Source: an uncultured Nitrospiraceae bacterium (lineage in GTDB: Bacteria; Nitrospirota; Nitrospiria; Nitrospirales; Nitrospiraceae). Taken from it: a stretch of DNA of 64,000 nt. The position numbers and the translations under genes were made by a program. The stretch's first letter is position 1, and each line of letters begins with the position of its first letter. The notes beneath the pieces were generated by a model. That model worked only from the letters and a program-made list of their open reading frames with translations. It ran no database searches and was not told the origin of the DNA. The stretch spans positions 160,001 to 224,000 of the forward strand of contig CAVSTP010000002.1 of assembly GCA_963730935.1 (NCBI GenBank), written 5' to 3'. Positions 1 through 9,236 of this stretch are shown here, in pieces.

Positions 1-92
1 CGATTTTCTTCATCTGCATGAAAAGGAAGAAACTTTTTTTGCGAGACGGTTGCGAGGTGGTCGGTTGACAAGATTCTTGAGCCTCATGGAGA

Positions 93-287
93 ATGCCGGC
101 CATGACCGTCGGCTCCGAAGCGCCCTCCACCGATCTCCCCGACCGCCTCTGCACGTGGTGCAAGGTGCCCATGAAAAAACGGCTGGTCGCCAGCGGACAA
201 TTTATTCATTACACCTGTCCGAAATGCATCTTCCAACACACGATGCGACGAGGGCCCAAGCCACCAGCCCCTGACCAGAAACATTGA
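93..287 (+). CDS. small zinc-ribbon-like hypothetical protein
   Basis: 64 aa with CTWC...CPKC pairs; GGAG upstream of ATG. Confidence 0.5.
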   Translation: MPAMTVGSEAPSTDLPDRLCTWCKVPMKKRLVASGQFIHYTCPKCIFQHTMRRGPKPPAPDQKH

Positions 288-338
288 TGCCGCGATCCTT
301 CGGGATTTGACAATGCCATCCCTTGTGAGAGCCGCCCT

Positions 339-707
339 TTAGAGCTTTCCTTCAAGGCGCGAACGGATGTCCTCCATCCGGCGACGATTCACGCCCAGGT
401 CCCCGTAGCCGGTTCGAGAGGCCGAGCGAAAATGGATCGCCTTGGCCTCGTCGTCGAAGAGAAATTCCACATCGTCGATGAACCGTAAGAGGAGGCTCGT
501 AAATTCGTAATGGAGATAGGTGTCTTCCTCCTCGACCAGTCTTGTGCGTGGCAGGCCGGCAATCACCGTCTTCAATACAGCTTTCGCGTCCGACTTCGTC
601 CTTGAAAATCGGTAGGGGGCGATCGCATGGCGACTGTCCTGCGACGGGGCCAGCGTCGACACACAGTTGGGGCTGTCCGGACACGAAGGCAGCGTACGAT
701 GGGACAT
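339..707 (-). CDS. DUF1499 family protein
   Basis: CPDSPNCVS, F.DDVEF, RSASRxGYGDLGVNRRR motifs. Confidence 0.85.
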   Translation of the reverse strand: MSHRTLPSCPDSPNCVSTLAPSQDSRHAIAPYRFSRTKSDAKAVLKTVIAGLPRTRLVEEEDTYLHYEFTSLLLRFIDDVEFLFDDEAKAIHFRSASRTGYGDLGVNRRRMEDIRSRLEGKL

Positions 708-771
708 TGTCCAGGCACTTTACGCTGTCACCCCTACTGCCGCAAGCCGCTTCCGTCGCCCTCAGCTGGCG

Positions 772-1881
772 CTAATAGAAGATCGTCGTCAACTGCTGTG
801 GGGAATCGTCTCGGATTTCCACCGTGACTGAGATTCGACCGATGATGCGTCCGTCCTCGGCTTCAAGATCCACCCGCCAATCGCCGGGATCGAGTTGCTG
901 CTTGAAGGTGTAGGCTCGATAGCCTGCTTCCCGGCCGCCGGATATTTTTACGGGAATCTTGTCCGCGTGGGCGAACGGCTTGGTTTTGTGCGGGCGAAAA
1001 TACCAATGGTGGTAGACGGTCGTGTTCAGCGCGACGGGTGCAAAGACGGCGGTGAAACAGTAGATCGGCTCGTGAGCCGGGAACGTCGTGTCCGATCGTA
1101 TCCAGGCTTGATACCATTTGCGTTCGAACGACAACTCAAACCGGTCGTCCGATTTTTTGACTTCATGGTAGATTCCGCCGAATTTCATCGAGAGCGGCAC
1201 AGGAGGAATCCAGTTTAGGAAATAGAAGCCGACCAAGAGACCGATCAAGGCGAAGGCCGGAACCGTCACCCCGAATGCCTCCCGTCTGGATCGATCCGGA
1301 TTGTTGCGGTAGATCAGCTGGACGACCCGAAATGTCACCGCGGCGCTCAACACCGCTCCCGCAAGAAACACCAGTACATTCATAAAGCCGGTCATGACGG
1401 GAAGGAAGAAAGTAAAAAACCCGAAGCACACGAGCGCATACAGGCTAATCAGCAAGCGAAGGTTCGAAAGACGGTCCCGGAGAAACTCATTCCCGACGAG
1501 CAACAGCACCAGCACTCCAAAAAACACCGCCGTACCGGTCAGCGTGGCGCTCCGAGAATAGAACACCGCGTAGGCGCTGAACAGGCCGCCCAACAGAAAC
1601 TGGCTCACCATGGGATAGTAGGGTCGACTACGAAGGAGCCAACGCATAAAGGGCGAAAGCGACGTGAGTTGTGCGCGGTCGGGAGGCGGCTCGATGCCGA
1701 TTCTTCCGGTCAGGACGATGAGTACTCCGAGCAGCAACAGATAGACCAGCAGGAGCAAATTGTCTTGAAGACGGTCGATCCGCGTCAGCGTGACGGTGTC
1801 ATAGGTCACACCTGAAAAGAAAAAGACTGCGGGCATGAACGGTTTGGAGAGAATCGTCTGAATTCGGGCCAGCGGGCTCAT
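772..1881 (-). CDS. membrane protein with C-terminal DUF2914-like domain
   Basis: multiple TM helices; C-terminal YCFTAVFAP...GGRxxGYR...GDWRV. Confidence 0.7.
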   Translation of the reverse strand: MSPLARIQTILSKPFMPAVFFFSGVTYDTVTLTRIDRLQDNLLLLVYLLLLGVLIVLTGRIGIEPPPDRAQLTSLSPFMRWLLRSRPYYPMVSQFLLGGLFSAYAVFYSRSATLTGTAVFFGVLVLLLVGNEFLRDRLSNLRLLISLYALVCFGFFTFFLPVMTGFMNVLVFLAGAVLSAAVTFRVVQLIYRNNPDRSRREAFGVTVPAFALIGLLVGFYFLNWIPPVPLSMKFGGIYHEVKKSDDRFELSFERKWYQAWIRSDTTFPAHEPIYCFTAVFAPVALNTTVYHHWYFRPHKTKPFAHADKIPVKISGGREAGYRAYTFKQQLDPGDWRVDLEAEDGRIIGRISVTVEIRDDSPQQLTTIFY

Positions 1882-1953
1882 GCCCTCACTGTGCTGAAAT
1901 CGAAGCGTTTGAGCAACAAAAATGAGACTTGGGGATAGAGAATGCGCAGTCTG

Positions 1954-3015
1954 CTAGACGAAGGCGGGAAGCGGCGCATACACGACCGGCTGTCCAATCA
2001 GGCGCTCCAACCATCCGGCCATCAACTCTTCCTTTAACGGGGCCTTATTCAATCGCGCTTCGATCGCGAAGCCTGCGCGTGAACCGACGATGCCGATAAT
2101 GGCCGACGCGTCTTCTCCCTCCGGAAGCAACTCCTGCGTTTGAAACTCACATAAGGTGGCATACAGCCGCCCGTCCGGTTCGATGGCCGATCTGATTTCG
2201 GGTAAATCATCCAGGGGGCAATGCACGGAACACCGATAGGCGAACCGAGCGGGAGGCTCGATAGTGGCAAATTCGCGGAGAGCTTCTTCAGAGAATCCGG
2301 TCAGGTACGTGCGCAGCCCTGCGGGTTCGGGCGCATAGGTGGCCGCCAGTTGACTGGCGGGGACGAGGAATTCATAGGCATCCGACGTGTTGTATTCGAA
2401 CTGACAAGGACCAAAGGCATCCGGCCAGGAGCAGAAAAACGGCACGGATGGATCGTTTGGACGAAGCACGAGCTGCCCTTTTTCGATCGCCGTATCGATG
2501 GGAAGCCCGACGGTGGTAATGGCCTCCAGAAAGGCGGTGCGTCGCTCCTCCAACCAGAGGTCGCGTTGAGCATCGTCGCGTGTCTCTCCTGGCGTGACGA
2601 CCTCCCGCGTTTGAAGCCGGACGCGGAGGAACGAATGGGCATGGCGGAATCCCAGCCAGAGCATGCCGCGGTTCTCATGCAGGATCATGCGCTCGCGGAT
2701 GCGCCATGGATGGCTGATCGAGCAGTATGTGCCGACGTCTTGAAAGTGCAGGTAGGCGGTATGGTATGCCCCGGTAAGGAGAAAAAAATCTCCGCGCCAG
2801 CCGTCGCGGACGTGCACCAGTGTCACGTCCTCCGTCGACCAGGCATCCAAACCGTCGAAGTCTTCGGTCGCCTCGACCGTCCATTCCTCAACATAGCAGA
2901 TGACATCTCTTGCCGGAACCGCCGGCTTCAATCCCAAAGCAGCGAGGCGTTCGCCGACCGCCAGTACCTCGTTGAACGTCATTGGAGGGTGAGTTTCCCA
3001 GCGGCGCTCACGCAC
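1954..3015 (-). CDS. hypothetical protein
   Basis: 353-aa ORF in minus-strand gene run with GGAG RBS; no recognised motif. Confidence 0.6.
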   Translation of the reverse strand: MRERRWETHPPMTFNEVLAVGERLAALGLKPAVPARDVICYVEEWTVEATEDFDGLDAWSTEDVTLVHVRDGWRGDFFLLTGAYHTAYLHFQDVGTYCSISHPWRIRERMILHENRGMLWLGFRHAHSFLRVRLQTREVVTPGETRDDAQRDLWLEERRTAFLEAITTVGLPIDTAIEKGQLVLRPNDPSVPFFCSWPDAFGPCQFEYNTSDAYEFLVPASQLAATYAPEPAGLRTYLTGFSEEALREFATIEPPARFAYRCSVHCPLDDLPEIRSAIEPDGRLYATLCEFQTQELLPEGEDASAIIGIVGSRAGFAIEARLNKAPLKEELMAGWLERLIGQPVVYAPLPAFV

Positions 3016-3038
3016 GTTGTCTCTCCGCTTGAGGCGAT

Positions 3039-3686
3039 TTACCGGCCCGGACGCACCGCGCGTTGGGAAATCGTCGTGTCAGCCAGGTAGCGATCGACGG
3101 TATCTTTGACGTTCGCGCTCATGAGACGCTTCACGTCGTCTTCCGAAAACCACACCACCGTATCCGAGTGGGCGCCTTCCAGGCTCCGGCTTGTGCTGCT
3201 GTGGTCAACGTTATTGCGTGCGGTAATGGTCAATTTGTTGCTCGTCGTGATGTAGGTAGAAAAGAGCCGGCTCTTGGCGTTCGCCGCAAATTCGAAGATC
3301 TGCCCGCTGATCACAATGTCGGCGTTCGGCATGGAACCGGCCGGAGCCACCCGCACGTCCCAGGATCGATCCAACCATCCTGCCGCTCGCAGGCGGTCGG
3401 CCAGCGCCTGGGCATAGACCGCGCCGGGCTTCTCGCCCACCACGTTGAAATACGTCGTCCCTCCCCACAGGTGTGTACGCATTCCAATCCGCTGCTTGTC
3501 GGCACGCCGGTCCTCAAAGGGTTCGATGACGATCTTGAGGCCTTCAGGCTCCGCTTGCTGCACGGGCTGCTGCTGCGGAAGTACGTCGAAATGAACGGTC
3601 TGGCCGCTCCCACCGCAACCAGCTGTAGTCATGAGCCCGACCGATAGCAAGACCACAAGGCCCACTCGCACGAACGAATCTCTCAC
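3039..3686 (-). CDS. lipoprotein (YajG-like)
   Basis: signal peptide with lipobox TAGC; PFEDRR motif; AAGGAGG RBS. Confidence 0.65.
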   Translation of the reverse strand: MRDSFVRVGLVVLLSVGLMTTAGCGGSGQTVHFDVLPQQQPVQQAEPEGLKIVIEPFEDRRADKQRIGMRTHLWGGTTYFNVVGEKPGAVYAQALADRLRAAGWLDRSWDVRVAPAGSMPNADIVISGQIFEFAANAKSRLFSTYITTSNKLTITARNNVDHSSTSRSLEGAHSDTVVWFSEDDVKRLMSANVKDTVDRYLADTTISQRAVRPGR

Positions 3687-3747
3687 GATGCCCTCCTTGG
3701 CAAGTTAAAACGCGAGGTAGTCTACCGAAATCCCGCCGGCCGTACAA

Positions 3748-4368
3748 TTACAGGGTGACGATGGGCAGCATGGCCCGGAACACGTCCCGGCTCAGTTCCG
3801 CCAGCGCTCCGCTCTGCACTCGCGGATCGCCCAAATGGAGAAACCGGATGATTTTGAGGAACGACCGCTCGGCAACCACTGCGGCAATTTGCGCCTTCCG
3901 ATCATGTGTAATCGGCAGTGTAAACCCCTCGCCCCGCTTCCATTCCCACAGTGTCGGCGCGAGGGACAGCTCTAAGTCCTGCCCTGCAACCGTATGGAAC
4001 CGGTCCACCAGACACTTCTTGTACTGCCGCATCAAAGTCCCTTCCAGGATCCAGGCCCATGCCACATGATGGCCCCACCAGAACAGCGTACGGAACGTGC
4101 GCTTTTCCGTGCCTCGAAAATGTTTGGGACAATCGAGATACTGGTAGGGGAAAAACTCCAGATTCTCGCCCTTGACAAGTTGCACACTGGCCGAATCGTA
4201 GTCAGGCAATTCTGGTAAGGCGCTGTTGGTGAGCTCCTCCCTCAATGCCTGGCGGGTCACTTCCAATTGGGCGCGGATTTTTTCGCTGATTCTTGCTTTT
4301 CTCTCAAAGAAAGCCGCATCGGTCAACAACGCGGTTTCCTCATCTGTAAACGAGAGGCGGTCAACCAT
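3748..4368 (-). CDS. conserved hypothetical protein
   Basis: 206 aa, KGENxxxxPYxYLDxP...FRTLFWWGH; protein-like composition. Confidence 0.65.
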   Translation of the reverse strand: MVDRLSFTDEETALLTDAAFFERKARISEKIRAQLEVTRQALREELTNSALPELPDYDSASVQLVKGENLEFFPYQYLDCPKHFRGTEKRTFRTLFWWGHHVAWAWILEGTLMRQYKKCLVDRFHTVAGQDLELSLAPTLWEWKRGEGFTLPITHDRKAQIAAVVAERSFLKIIRFLHLGDPRVQSGALAELSRDVFRAMLPIVTL

Positions 4369-4455
4369 GTTCCAGCCGTGCTTCCAAGCGCGTTCCTATT
4401 GATGAGGATCGGCGGACCGCATCGTTGCGGGTCAGCAACCCAGATCTCAGGAGGC

Positions 4456-4830
4456 TCATTTCTGATGTGTCTCGAACGCAGTGACGGCCACTGCATAGTG
4501 TCGGCGACATTCGGCACAACGGAGGATCGCGAGGTCTTCGAACACATCCATCTCGCGCAACGACAAGGCCGCCGCATGGGCTTCGAGGCAGTTTGCCAGG
4601 CAGGCCTGTGCGTCAGGCCGAGCCTCGGATGCATCCGTTGATGCTCCCGATTCTTCGGAGGCGGAAGGGCCAAAGACGACAGAACCCATGGTGACATAAT
4701 GGGCAAACCGGCAAGCCGTGCAGGCCAAGGCGAGCTGGTTGTCGCCCGTGATCCGCTTCACAGAAAGGCAGAGCGGATGCGCAGACCAACACTGTTGGAG
4801 AAATGCCCCGCTTCGAAACACCTGCCCCAT
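4456..4830 (-). CDS. Cys/His-rich hypothetical protein with internal duplication
   Basis: two C-x3-H...CxxC units. Confidence 0.6.
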   Translation of the reverse strand: MGQVFRSGAFLQQCWSAHPLCLSVKRITGDNQLALACTACRFAHYVTMGSVVFGPSASEESGASTDASEARPDAQACLANCLEAHAAALSLREMDVFEDLAILRCAECRRHYAVAVTAFETHQK

Positions 4831-4842
4831 CGCGTACGACCC

Positions 4843-5178
4843 TTACAGTTTCCAGAGCGCGAACATGAGGATCGCGCCGATCGCGTAGGGAATCACGCAT
4901 GCGTACAGCACCGCGGAGCGCGCTTGCTCTCCTGATCCGGTGGTTTCGGCCTGCTCCTTGTAGACGAACTCGTAGGAGAGAACGAGCAGCGTGAGCGTGA
5001 GCGCCAACACCCGACTGGTCCTTGGCCAGGTATACTGGCCGCTGACGAGAAAGTTGGCAGTGAAGAATCCGCTGACCGCGAGGATCGTCGGCGCCACGAC
5101 GTACCGGATGCTGTGGGCAAACACATGATGCCGACGGGGAGCAGTTTGCGGAGAGTCTGTCAGGGGGTCGGAAGTCAC
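4843..5178 (-). CDS. small 3-TM membrane protein
   Basis: three hydrophobic segments; start overlaps upstream stop. Confidence 0.6.
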   Translation of the reverse strand: MTSDPLTDSPQTAPRRHHVFAHSIRYVVAPTILAVSGFFTANFLVSGQYTWPRTSRVLALTLTLLVLSYEFVYKEQAETTGSGEQARSAVLYACVIPYAIGAILMFALWKL

Positions 5179-5417
5179 GAGCCGACGACGACGGCAGAAT
5201 CAACTTGATGGGGCACAGGAGCCTGAGCCGCGCGGCAGGTCTTACAGACGCGGGGCCGGGCCTTGAGGAACGAGAATTTTCCGCTCGCTAGACAACTATA
5301 ATGCACGAATTCGTCGCACACGGTGCAACGGGACCAGCCGCCGCGGAACATCGTCTTATCCCGATACAGGCCCTGCTTGCAGACTTTGCAATTTCGAGGC
5401 TCGATCGGAAGCAGCAT
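5175..5417 (-). CDS. small C4HC3 (PHD-like) zinc-finger protein
   Basis: CKVC...CTVC...HYSC...CKTC; ATG 5417 preceded by GGGAG (alternative start 5453). Confidence 0.65.
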   Translation of the reverse strand: MLLPIEPRNCKVCKQGLYRDKTMFRGGWSRCTVCDEFVHYSCLASGKFSFLKARPRVCKTCRAAQAPVPHQVDSAVVVGS

Positions 5418-5643
5418 CGGCTCCCAATCACCACCAGCTTTCCTTATGCTCATGGGACGGTAGTATAACGAGCCCGACTCGTCAAAAACAAGAAGCCACA
5501 CGCGCGCGTCTCGCGCTAGCGAGCATTGTTCGAAGTTCCGTTCTGACGAAGTCACGGATGGAACAAGTTGCGGAGTCAAGCGGCGAGGGCCTATGTGATT
5601 TCAATAAGCATCGCTGGAGCAAAGGACCAGCCTCCGCTCGTGT

Positions 5644-5672
5644 TTGACACCCTATAGACCGTTTGCTACTCT
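5644..5672 (+). promoter_or_regulatory. sigma70-type promoter for ispA-hpnA
   Basis: TTGACA-N17-TACTCT with extended -10 TG. Confidence 0.55.
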
Positions 5673-5707
5673 TCGGTTCTTTTTCCCTCAGCAGGACGTG
5701 ATTTTCC

Positions 5708-6598
5708 ATGAACATCAATGACTATTTGGAACAGAAACGTGTTGCGGTGGACCGCTTCTTGGACGAAGTGGCTCCCTCCGCCGGCACCCCACCGGTCACG
5801 CTTCACGAAAGCATGCGGTATAGCCTCCTGGCCGGAGGCAAACGCGTCAGACCGATTCTGACCATTGCGGCCGCTGAAGCCTTGGGACCGCCGCCGCCTG
5901 GTTTGATGGCAGTGGCCTGTTCACTGGAACTAATCCACACCTACTCGCTGATTCACGATGACCTGCCCTCCATGGACAATGATGACTTTCGACGCGGAAA
6001 ACCGACGAATCACAAAGTGTACGGGGAAGCCATGGCGATTTTGGCCGGTGATGCGTTGCTGACCATGGCCTTCGATCTGATCAGCCGTCCGGACTTGATG
6101 AAAGGCTGCGATCCTGGTCGTCAGGTGCGAATTCTCCAGGAGCTGGCGTTCGGTTCCGGCAATGTGGGGATGGTCGGTGGACAGGTCTTCGACATTCAGG
6201 CGGAACACAAGGACATCGATTTGACCGCCCTTCAGAACATCCATAAGCACAAGACCGGCATGTTGATTCGGGCTGCCGTACGTATGGGCGCCATTGCAGG
6301 CGGCGCCAACGACCGCCAGCTGGACGACATGACCGGGTACGCGGAAGATATTGGCCTGGCTTTTCAGATCGCCGACGATGTGCTGAATGTGACGGGAACC
6401 CGGGAGGAGCTCGGCAAGAATCCGAATACCGACGCCGAGCGCGGCAAGAAAACCTATCCGACGTTCTATGGCGTCGAGGGCGCCAAACGACTGGCGGACG
6501 AGTGTGTCGCCCGGGCCATTGCCCGTCTCGGTTCCCTCGGTCCCTCCGCCGATCCGCTGCGCGAACTGGCTCGGTACATCACCGCACGGAAGAATTAG
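5708..6598 (+). CDS. ispA: farnesyl/geranylgeranyl diphosphate synthase
   Basis: GGKRVRP, LIHDDLPSMDNDDFRRGKPT, KT, FQIADD motifs. Confidence 0.93.
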   Translation: MNINDYLEQKRVAVDRFLDEVAPSAGTPPVTLHESMRYSLLAGGKRVRPILTIAAAEALGPPPPGLMAVACSLELIHTYSLIHDDLPSMDNDDFRRGKPTNHKVYGEAMAILAGDALLTMAFDLISRPDLMKGCDPGRQVRILQELAFGSGNVGMVGGQVFDIQAEHKDIDLTALQNIHKHKTGMLIRAAVRMGAIAGGANDRQLDDMTGYAEDIGLAFQIADDVLNVTGTREELGKNPNTDAERGKKTYPTFYGVEGAKRLADECVARAIARLGSLGPSADPLRELARYITARKN

Positions 6599-6619
6599 CG
6601 CGATGAGTGATGGGTGACC

Positions 6620-7603
6620 ATGAAGGCCCTCGTCACCGGCGCGACCGGGTTTGTCGGGGGAGCCGTCGCGCGCGCGCTCATCCGAGCCGGTGTTGATGTC
6701 CGCGTCCTGGCTCGCTCGCAGTCGGATACTCAAAATCTCTCCGGCCTTCCTGTCGAACGGGTTGAAGGCGATTTGCTCAACCCCGCCTCGCTACGAACGG
6801 CCTTGGCAGGATGCCAGGAGCTGTATCATGTCGCCGCATACTATGCGCTGTGGGCCAAGGATCCCTCCATCTTTTACGACATCAACGTGACCGGTACCCG
6901 TAACGTGCTCGCCGCCGCCCGCCTGGCGGGAATTCAGCGCACCGTATACTGCAGCACGATCGGGGCGATCGGGTTGCCTGCCGACGGCGGATTGGGCACG
7001 GAGAACACCCCGGTGTCGCTAGACCAGATGGCCGGCCACTACAAACGATCAAAGTATCTGGCCGAGCAGGAAGTGCTGAAGTTCGCCAGCGAAGGCCTGC
7101 CGGTGGTGATCGTCAACCCCAGCGCCCCGGTCGGCGCGGGAGATGTGAAACCGACGCCGACGGGTCAAGTGATCGTGGATTTCATGAAGGGCCGGATGCC
7201 CGCCTACATTGAAACCGGCTTGAACATCGTAGACGTCGATGACGTCGCCGCAGGACATCTCCTGGCCATGAAGAAAGGCCGCCAGGGCGAACGCTACATC
7301 TTGGGATGCAGGAATCTGATGCTGAAGGACGTCTTCGACATTCTCAGCTGGCTGACCGGCATCAAAGCCCCTTCGCTCCGGCTGCCTCGCTCAGTTGTGC
7401 TGCCTCTCGCCTATGTGAACCAATGGATCGCCAACCTTACGGGACAACCACCGCGTATTCCGTTGGAAGGGGTCAAGATGGCCAAGTACCGCATGCACTA
7501 TGACTGCGGCAAGGCAATCCGTGAACTCGGGATTCCACAGACACCTCCTGAAGCGGCGCTTGAAAAGGCGGTGCAATGGTTTCGGTCCCACGGCTATGCC
7601 TAA
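6620..7603 (+). CDS. hpnA: hopanoid-associated NAD-dependent epimerase/dehydratase
   Basis: TGATGFVG, YKRSK, PSAPVGAGDVKPTPTG. Confidence 0.85.
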   Translation: MKALVTGATGFVGGAVARALIRAGVDVRVLARSQSDTQNLSGLPVERVEGDLLNPASLRTALAGCQELYHVAAYYALWAKDPSIFYDINVTGTRNVLAAARLAGIQRTVYCSTIGAIGLPADGGLGTENTPVSLDQMAGHYKRSKYLAEQEVLKFASEGLPVVIVNPSAPVGAGDVKPTPTGQVIVDFMKGRMPAYIETGLNIVDVDDVAAGHLLAMKKGRQGERYILGCRNLMLKDVFDILSWLTGIKAPSLRLPRSVVLPLAYVNQWIANLTGQPPRIPLEGVKMAKYRMHYDCGKAIRELGIPQTPPEAALEKAVQWFRSHGYA

Positions 7604-7674
7604 CCCGGAGGCTGAACGAAACCGGCTTCAGGTAGCAATCGGGATCATGGAGTTTGTATAGTGATGAGCGGGGT

Positions 7675-8292
7675 ATGAAGGCGAAGCTGCTCGGCGCAGT
7701 CCTCATTGTCATCGTGGTCGGCCTTGGTCTATTCGGCTGGATCGGTTATCGATTGTTTACCACCGGATTCAGCGCCAAGACGGAACCCCACGCGTTGGAA
7801 GTGATGATGGCGCGGCAGATCCGCCACTTGGCGATTCCGATTGAAAAACGGAACGCCGTCAATCCGCTCCCCTTGAGCGCAGAATTGTTGAAGGAGGGTC
7901 GGGCACACTTCGCCGATCATTGCGCGGTCTGCCATTCCAATGACGGAAGCGGGCAAACCCCCATCGGCAAGAACGTCTACCCGAAGGCGCCCGATTTGCG
8001 GCTGACCGATACACAGTCCTTGTCGGACGGCGAGCTGTTTTGGGTCATCCACAACGGGATTCGCTTTACGGCCATGCCCGCCTGGGGAAGCGGCGACCCG
8101 GAGAAGGATATCGACAGCTGGAAGTTGGTGCATTTTATCCGTCATTTGCCGCAGGTCACGCAGGAAGAATTGGACGAAATGAAAACGCTCAACCCCAAGA
8201 CGCAGAAAGAGCGCCTCGAGGAAGAGGCGTTCGATCAATTTCTGCAAGGAGACGACGCTGCAGCCGGGAAGGCCGAAGGGCATCATCATTAG
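7675..8292 (+). CDS. membrane-anchored monoheme cytochrome c
   Basis: N-terminal TM, CAVCH, APDL, GIRFTAMPAW; C-terminal HHH. Confidence 0.85.
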   Translation: MKAKLLGAVLIVIVVGLGLFGWIGYRLFTTGFSAKTEPHALEVMMARQIRHLAIPIEKRNAVNPLPLSAELLKEGRAHFADHCAVCHSNDGSGQTPIGKNVYPKAPDLRLTDTQSLSDGELFWVIHNGIRFTAMPAWGSGDPEKDIDSWKLVHFIRHLPQVTQEELDEMKTLNPKTQKERLEEEAFDQFLQGDDAAAGKAEGHHH

Positions 8293-8332
8293 TCATCATC
8301 ATTATAGGGAACCGAAGAAGGAGCAATTGTCC

Positions 8333-8692
8333 ATGTTCTATCGATTGATACTCACAGCATTGTGCATGACCCTGACTGCTACAGCCTTCGCCCACGGGAC
8401 TGGCCAACACGTATTGGGCACCGTCGTCGCCATCGACACAAAACACCTCGAAGTCAAAACTCAGAAGGGAACGACCGTCGAGGTCCAAATCAACAAGCAA
8501 ACCCGTTTCAAGGAAAAGGATCATCCCAAAAGCACCAATCTACCCACGGTGGGAGACCGGGTGGTGATCGAGGCAATCAAAGACGATAAGACGCTGACCG
8601 CGACCGAAGTGCATTTCTCCTCAATCAAAAAGCAGACGCCACCGGCTCCGGCGCTCACTCAGCAGGCTCCTGCCGCTACACCTGCTCCCTAA
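8333..8692 (+). CDS. exported small OB-fold-like (DUF5666-like) protein
   Basis: signal peptide AFA|HG; VGDRVVI motif; AAGGAG RBS. Confidence 0.65.
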   Translation: MFYRLILTALCMTLTATAFAHGTGQHVLGTVVAIDTKHLEVKTQKGTTVEVQINKQTRFKEKDHPKSTNLPTVGDRVVIEAIKDDKTLTATEVHFSSIKKQTPPAPALTQQAPAATPAP

Positions 8693-8700
8693 GGAGAGTC

Positions 8701-9159
8701 GTGCGCATCGTTCAGTACTCGCAGCAGACGCACGCGGCACCCTTCGGCGGGGGCGTTCATGCGGTACTGGTACGCCTCGTGATTGCAGGCATTGCGGTGT
8801 TTTTGGCCGTTGCCACAGTGCCGGGAATTGAAGCCGACAGCTTAACGGCGGGCGTCGCGGCCGTCCTCGTGCTCACCGTATTGAATCTGCTGCTACGACC
8901 CGTCTTGTTGATTCTGACGTTGCCGCTCATCGTAGTGTCCTTCGGACTCTTTCTGGTCGTCCTCAATGCACTGCTGTTGGAACTCACGGCCTATGTCGTG
9001 AAAGGGTTCACCGTCAGCGGTTTCTGGCCGGCCGTTGGGGGCGCGGTCGTGATTAGCATCGTCACGAGCGTGCTCAATCTTCTGACCGGCGATTACCGCC
9101 AGGTCGAAATCCGGACAACGGAGCCGCGACAGCCGAAAATCATCAATCCACCAGAATGA
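8701..9159 (+). CDS. 4-TM membrane protein, YvlD/phage-holin_4_2 family
   Basis: LNxxxRPxLxxLTLP...GLFxxVLNA pattern. Confidence 0.8.
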   Translation: MRIVQYSQQTHAAPFGGGVHAVLVRLVIAGIAVFLAVATVPGIEADSLTAGVAAVLVLTVLNLLLRPVLLILTLPLIVVSFGLFLVVLNALLLELTAYVVKGFTVSGFWPAVGGAVVISIVTSVLNLLTGDYRQVEIRTTEPRQPKIINPPE

Positions 9160-9179
9160 GCATGTTCCCCTCGTTTTCA

Positions 9180-9208
9180 TTGAATTGAGGGTACTGCGTT
9201 GCTACAAT
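9180..9208 (+). promoter_or_regulatory. sigma70-type promoter
   Basis: TTGAAT-N17-TACAAT with extended -10 TG. Confidence 0.45.
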
Positions 9209-9236
9209 GCGCGCACTTCTGCCACAACCGAGATAG

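Noticed and set aside
8701..9159. Holin-family gene as a prophage marker
   Set aside because: YvlD-type 4-TM proteins are common chromosomal genes, and no phage genes are nearby.
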